Source of the DNA: Phoronis australis
Taxonomy: Eukaryota; Animalia; Phoronida
Assembly: GCA_002633005.1 (NCBI GenBank)
Contig: NMRA01000123.1
Location: 646,656-710,655, forward strand
DNA: 64,000 bases
Reading direction: 5' to 3'
Shown here: positions 59,240 to 64,000 of the stretch, piece after piece
Layout: each line of letters opens with the position of its first letter
Position numbering within the stretch: the first letter of the stretch is position 1
Program-made: the position numbers and the translations under genes
The notes under the pieces: model-generated
What the model saw: only the letters and a program-made list of their open reading frames with translations
What the model was told of the DNA's origin: nothing
Databases searched by the model: none

Positions 59240-60830
59240 ACATATGTCTCACAATCCAATATGTTAAAGATACGAATCATTTTCTTAATAAAAATATCAG
59301 TGATTTACCTAAAAATGCCCTTCTAGTAACTCTTGATGTTAAAAGCTTATACACTAATATTCCTCAACATGAAGGCATAGAAGCCTATGCCAAGTTTCTT
59401 AGTCAATGTAATAATCCTAATGTACCTACATCCTTTATTAGCTCTCTTCTTGAACATGTACATGTACTTACCATGAATCATTTTACCTTTAATCACTATT
59501 TCCAAATATTAGGCACAGCTATGGGCACTAGAGTTGCTTGTACTTTTGCCAACCTTTTTATGGGAAATCTTGAAAACAACTTTATCAAATCCTACTCTGA
59601 AAAACCTCTTCTCTGGCTAAGGTACATTGATGACATTTTTATGATCTGGACCCATGGCCCACAAAAATTAGATTTATTCTTAGAAAATATTAACAAATTT
59701 CACCCTAGTATAAAGTTCACTCATTTCTCAAAATAAAGTCTCATTTTTAGATGTAACTGTCATCCTTAGTAATGATAAACTAGAAACTGACTTATTCTGT
59801 AAAGAAACTGACAAACACCAATATCTGTCATATCATTCGTGTCATCCCTTTCATTGCAAGAAAAGCCTTCCATATGGCCTTGCCCTAAGAATTCGACGCA
59901 TTTGTTCAGAAGAAACTTCCTTTAATAACCGTTTAAAAGACCCCAAGTACTATCTAGTTCAACGTCATTTCCCCTTATATCTTATACACAAACAGTTTGA
60001 CAATGTCCGCTCAATCACAAGAAACGAATCTTTAAGAACTAAAACAAAAGGCAATACTACAAATAGCATTCTTAACTATGTTCAATCCATGTTTAAACGG
60101 AATTAGCCACGTCTTCAGAAAACATCTTTCCACGCTGCCTATTTTCCCTCAAATGAAAAACCTATTTCCTAATCCACCTATAATTTCTTGGAGAAAATGT
60201 AAAAATCTAAAAAATTATTAAGTTAAAGCTAATATCGACAATACATACCAAACTGACAAACATATTGGCAACACACAATGTAACAAAACTAGATGTAAAA
60301 TGTGTAACTTTATCAACGATAGTACTTTCTTCCAGTCTTCCCAAACAATGAAAACTTTGAAATAAAACATTATTCTGATTGCACCACTAACAATATTATT
60401 TACCTTATAACATGTAAAAAATATTCTATCCAATACGTAGGACAAACTCAACATAATCTACAAACTCGGTTTCGTAATCATAGATTTATCATAATACAGA
60501 AAAACATTTCTGACACAATAGGTAATCATTTCAATTCCAAAAACCATAATCTTCAAGATCTTTTTGTACAAATAATAGAAAAACTCCAATACCCCAGTAC
60601 CCTTTACAGACTCAAAAGAGAACAATTTTGGATAGACAAGCTCAAAACACTAGAACCCCATGGATTAAACACAAAAACTTCTTAAATTATATCACTGAAT
60701 TTTTTCCACAACAATGTATCATATTCATTACGCCACATCTTAAATGTCAATTGTCATTTAGTGTTTGATTTTACTTTATTTCTGTTTCTGTTGACGAAGG
60801 ATGTCATTATATCCAAAAATTTCAGTTGAT
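59240..60830 (+). mobile_element. Penelope-like retroelement (RT + GIY-YIG), 5' truncated and decayed
   Basis: YVKDTNHFL, LVTLDVKSLYTNIP, GTAMG, WLRYIDDIF, FLDV, YHSCHP, IIYLITCK..IQYVGQT, REQFWIDKLKTLEPHGLN then stop at 60683-85; several frameshifts and stops. Confidence 0.93.
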
Positions 60831-63199
60831 CCATTTTTGTTGTTTTATTTACATATATATTCTGCATTTCGTGAAACAATAGTATCCTTGAGAGGATCTG
60901 AATCGCCTTATTTAGTTTCAGATTTATTTTCTACGTAAGCGTATTATTCAAGGTATGATCAATAAGCGCGGTAGTTTATCTTCAATCGTGCCCAATGGTA
61001 GCCAGCCAGCTCGCTGTATAAAGACTGTCGTCAAAATACAGCTAGGTCCCACTGCGTGTATTTCTTTCGTAGACAGCGAAATTCCACACAGCAAAGGTAG
61101 TTCTGCTCGTCACCGCGCCATGAAACTTGTATCAACATGTAAAGGCTAAAGACCGGACGGTGTGCATGGAAAATCTGGGAGTCAACCGGCACTCACCTTG
61201 CCCGTTACAGCCGTTTAAGTGAAAAACAATGCAATAAACTTCATTTTCTTGTGTGACTCTCTGCCTTTTCTAACAATGAAAGGTATTTCGTCGTTTTGAA
61301 AACAGTACGCTCGTGTCACGCGCACGCTCCATTTCCTAAATTTTTGCGACATCTCTCAGGAGACAATGATAGCTTGGAAGCAACAAAATTTCTTCTGAAA
61401 TTCGATTTTTCGGTACCAAAATTCTAAAAACTTTTAATGAGGTGAAACCAGTTCTGATAATTTGTTGTGACGTGTACGCAACCTCGTGAAAGAACAACAG
61501 TTGATTGAAGAATCGGCGAAAAAAAAAACTGGCCAATAGGTGACGCAAAATTTCATGGCGCCGAAAGCGGTCGCTAAAGATCGCTCCACAACTTTAACAG
61601 CAGAATAACGGTAGAACGCCATTTTTGCCAACACCGTTAAATAATTTAAATTACTCAAGGAAGACTGTAGTTTTTAATGGCGCTAATTTTGTATCAGATT
61701 TTATCTTACCACTTTTTTACCCGCATCGGTGCAACTGAAAGATGTATATTTATATACAGCTTTGTACCAAGGCTAGCCCAATGGTTGTAGTTTTTTGATT
61801 ATTAGTTCATCGATTTTTAAAAATCGAAAACAGTACTTGATTGCCTTTTTTCCAGCTGAATACCGCCGTGGTGTTCGTTTATAACGAAAATAAGTGGTTA
61901 ATGCATTTTGAAAATTCGCCATTATGTACAGTCAGAGGTGCTTAATTAATACAGTTATGAATTACATTTAATTGGGTCTTGCTCGCATCGGGCAATGTAC
62001 AGTGATTCCGGCGCTGCACTGTCTTTGATCCTGGTACAAGCCGCTCAGAGAGACGAGCGGTGAAAATTCCCGCATATCTTTAGAAATGCGTATTATTTAC
62101 GGTATGGCCGCGGCGCTGGCTGTGGAAAACCTATTCGCTGGTTCTTTCTCAGTAATTATAATGCGCCGATTTAAAAACAAATCAAAGGCGGTTATTATTT
62201 ACCCTTCAATTTTTGGCACAACAGTAATGTTGGTCGCTTGTTTTACTTACAGGTCGAATTGTTTTGACTTTCGTGACACTGACTAGAGGCGTCAACTGTT
62301 ACAGCAGAAAGGCTATCTTATCCTGGGATCGGTCCTAGATATTATCATATGCACATTAGGCCAAGCACATCGAACAGCTACTAGCTCACTTAATTTGTGA
62401 TGGTGCCACAGGCCAAGCCTGGATCTTCGTCGGAGACTGTGAGGTGAAATTTACACTCAGCATTCTCTTACACCTTAGGCGTACATTAATTGCCCAAGGC
62501 ATTTTCGCCTCGTGCTCGAATTATGTCGCAAAATTATTCAAATGTATTTACAAGGTGCCCCAAAATGTACTTAGAGTTCCATGGCTCTTTGAATAATTTT
62601 TTACGGTACCTCGATGTATTTGAGCCCGAGCCTACAAGCACTGAGGGGTGTGAATTCGACTGTGGCTCGAAAAAAATATTGAGTGCCACCAGAGACAGTA
62701 GCCTTTGGTGCTGCCACCCACGAAGTGCAGTTTTTCAATCAACCACTAGTTCCTTTGCCAGTGCTCATTTTCGTTACACCACAAATGTCTGCCTCCTGTC
62801 AGCTCCACTTCCGAGTTGGCGAAGGTTGTATTTGCTAAAATAGGTTATGCTTTGCTAGTTTATTGAAGGAGATCAACCGGAATTTTTACCAAAAGGTACG
62901 TTTTTGTGATATAATCTTTATTTTGGTTCTTTGATTTTGTAATTATTTCCATTTGCACGGTTGGTGCAGACGTAACAACAGAAACTGAGAAATTACCCTA
63001 GCCTGCCCGAGGCTATGGCTGTGACAAGTTCAAAATTGCACCTACCGCACTCTGCAGTGCCGGTATATTCAACGACTTCTTTGTAAATGCAACCAGTGAT
63101 TTAGGAAACAAAAGCCCCTTGCATGATTTTGACATTCGTACTGAGTTCCTAGAAAACTACTGATAACAGTTACGTGCATTACTAGGGCTCACCATGCAC

Positions 63200-63910
63200 A
63201 GGTATCTTTAGACAATGACCACCGTCCTACTGGCTACTGATCATCAATTCACTATATATTAATTATGTATTATAGTGTATTGGGGAGGACCAAAAGCTGA
63301 GGACACCTGTGCGTAGGATGGTGGAGCTCCTATAGGTGCTTCATACGCCAGAAGCTTTTCGGCGAATTATGCCTTGCACTGACTAAAACATCAAAGTCAC
63401 ATTATTATAAATACCCTTTGCTCACAAAGAGAAACCTTAGGAGGCCGTTCATGTATGTAACTCCTTCCAACTTGAACAAATACTCCTGTTATCAAATTTT
63501 TTCTTCGAGCAGTCCCTCATTTAGTTCCCAAAACTGATAACTCATCATTTTTAACACTGCGCTCGCCAGGTGGCATGACGTCATATCCCCTGGTGCGCAC
63601 AGCGTTAAAAATGGTGAATTGCCGATTTTGGGAACTGAACGAGGGACTGCTCGAATAAAAAGTTTGAGTATTTGTTCAAGTTGGAAGGAATTAAATACAT
63701 TGACGGCCTCCTAAGTCCTAACCTGTCCCTCTATGCGCAAAAGGTATTCATAACAACGTAGCATGAATGTTTTAGTCTGTGCGAGGCATAATTCGCCGAA
63801 AATCTTCCGGCATATGAAGCGCCTATAGGAGCTTCACTGTGGAGCTAGTAGAGACTGTGGTCACTGTCTAAGGCGTCCTCAGCTTCTGATCGTCTCTGAT
63901 ACACTACATA
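63200..63910. mobile_element. Nested foldback: palindromic MITE (63436-63715) centred in an older inverted-repeat element
   Basis: Arms cttaggaggccgt / acggcctcctaag, ccttccaacttgaacaaatactc / gagtatttgttcaagttggaagg, ctcctataggtgcttcata / tatgaagcgcctataggag; centre atgacgtcat at 63575-84. Confidence 0.8.
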
Positions 63911-64000
63911 TATACTACAAGGTATGACACAGGGACTAGGAGTTCCACAGGTGCTTCACTTCAACCATCCATGTCAAACATTAAACTCAATAAATTTACA

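Overview
Eukaryotic, AT-rich, repeat-dense draft-assembly DNA with N gaps, most likely from a marine bilaterian invertebrate; the species cannot be determined from the sequence. The main content is a tandem, co-oriented cluster of three intact, highly diverged paralogous genes (4295-19572, 28275-40783, 44781-55996) reconstructed by hand from GT-AG exons. Each encodes a type I membrane protein: signal peptide, 1-2 CUB domains, Ser/Thr-rich stalk, transmembrane helix and an acidic Tyr-rich tail ending in a conserved E-W-T-[ED]-N-x-x-Y motif. Two CUB classes (A, lacking the Ca-binding signature; B, retaining it) occur as A, A+B and B. Upstream lies the disabled 3' part of an SLC23 transporter gene, partly duplicated across a single N. 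Introns and spacers carry a CR1/L2-group LINE with a 2A peptide inserted into a Helentron-like tandem-repeat element rich in CTCF-like motifs, several internally deleted Kolobok-like transposons (THAP plus KolX remnants, one nested), MITEs, mini- and microsatellites, a decayed Penelope-like element and a nested foldback.
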